This document shows, in pieces, positions 23,508 to 24,000 of a DNA stretch of 24,000 nucleotides. Position 1 is the stretch's first letter. Each line of letters opens with the position of its first letter. Under the pieces are notes generated by a model, which worked only from the letters and a program-made list of their open reading frames with translations, was not told where the DNA came from and did no database searches. The translations under genes were made by a program, and so were the position numbers. This DNA is from Streptomyces griseus (lineage in GTDB: Bacteria; Bdellovibrionota; Bdellovibrionia; Bdellovibrionales; Bdellovibrionaceae), in assembly GCA_943330705.2 (NCBI GenBank), contig CALQIT020000030.1, positions 740 to 24,739 on the forward strand, written 5' to 3'.

Positions 23508-24000
23508 TTACCAGCGATAAGTCAAAGAAGACTGTGCTAGCAAACTGTTGCCGTTAACCGCACCAGTTGTTGCACCAGCAAGTGTTCCATCAAGTGTCAT
23601 TTTACCGAACTTGATGCCAGCGCCTGCAGCAACAGTTGTGTTGTCTGCGCGCGGAGAATCAGTGTTGGTAGCACCTTTAGTTGAACTTACCAAAACGTCT
23701 TGAGTGAGTGAACCACGTAGATTCAACCAAGAAGTCGCTTCTACTTCCATTCCAACGATTACATTCAATGCCGTAAGGTCAGTTTTTGCTTCTACGCCAG
23801 CAGGACTAGTTTTACTAGAATCCATCAGGTAAGTCGCGCCGTAGAAAAACTCGCCGCCTTCAACTTTAGAAGTGTTCACAGCACCAATTTTATTCACAGA
23901 CTGGGTAGCCTTATTCGTTTCTGTACCACCAGCCTCAAGTTTGCCGCCACCAGAAAACATGTTAGCAAACAAGTACATAGAATCCATCCAGTATCCACCA
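23508..24000 (-). CDS. Putative outer-membrane beta-barrel/porin-like protein, C-terminal fragment (the 5' end lies outside the window)
   Basis: The reading frame stays open past the listed Met to base 24000 (…GGYW-MDSMYLF…). The composition is Gly/Thr/Ala/Asn-rich with alternating beta-strand patterns. The C-terminal SSLTYRW ends in an aromatic residue, as an OMP beta-signal does. The bidirectional terminator lies 25 nt downstream of the stop. Confidence 0.6.
   Translation of the reverse strand, partial: GGYWMDSMYLFANMFSGGGKLEAGGTETNKATQSVNKIGAVNTSKVEGGEFFYGATYLMDSSKTSPAGVEAKTDLTALNVIVGMEVEATSWLNLRGSLTQDVLVSSTKGATNTDSPRADNTTVAAGAGIKFGKMTLDGTLAGATTGAVNGNSLLAQSSLTYRW

Noticed and set aside
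23299-23520. A 73-aa ORF in the gap downstream of the ABC operon.
   Set aside because: It reads straight through the strong bidirectional terminator hairpin and into the convergent OMP gene. It has no RBS and an unremarkable composition.
1-24000. Searched for CRISPR arrays, IS elements or inverted terminal repeats, integrases, tRNA/rRNA genes and riboswitch-like leaders (for example upstream of the BMP ABC operon and valS).
   Set aside because: I saw no repeat-spacer periodicity, transposase or integrase motifs, tRNA-like T-arm sequence (GGTTCGAATCC) or conserved riboswitch cores by eye. This cannot be excluded without covariance-model scans.

Overview
This window looks chromosomal and mostly housekeeping, with tightly packed genes and roughly mid-40s % GC by eye. 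I support 22 CDS. Two are cut by the window edges. I see no rRNA, tRNA, CRISPR array, transposase, integrase or prophage signal.

Recognisable housekeeping content:
- a cell-division-type cluster on the + strand, 7240-10326: a Maf-YggS fusion, proC, a DivIVA-domain protein and yggU
- valS, and trmO (yaeB family)
- a four-gene BMP-family (nucleoside/sugar-type) ABC importer
- an MFS transporter, rhodanese and secreted S1 protease run on the - strand
- several Sec-secreted or outer-membrane proteins of unknown function

The gene content is reminiscent of Bdellovibrio-like or Oligoflexia-type Gram-negatives: DivIVA in a Gram-negative-looking context, a Tad-type platform protein and secreted trypsin-like proteases. 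That placement is inference only.

The stand-out is a six-gene - strand operon at 7211->750 in which every junction is a start/stop overlap. It encodes:
- an orphan TadC-like (T2SS-F family) inner-membrane platform protein
- a DUF192 protein
- three membrane proteins carrying four FHA (phosphothreonine-binding) domains in total. One has an FHA-TM-periplasmic loop-TM-HAMP-PAS layout with no enzymatic output. Two have an FHA-TM-TPR-like layout.
- a terminal PP2C-like protein in which the metal-binding aspartates appear to be substituted, suggesting a pseudophosphatase

The window contains no Ser/Thr kinase, Tad ATPase, secretin or pilin. I read this operon as a candidate uncharacterised FHA/phospho-threonine regulatory module attached to a Tad/Kil-like type IV filament machine. 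All functional calls come from by-eye motif recognition and need HMM or structure confirmation.
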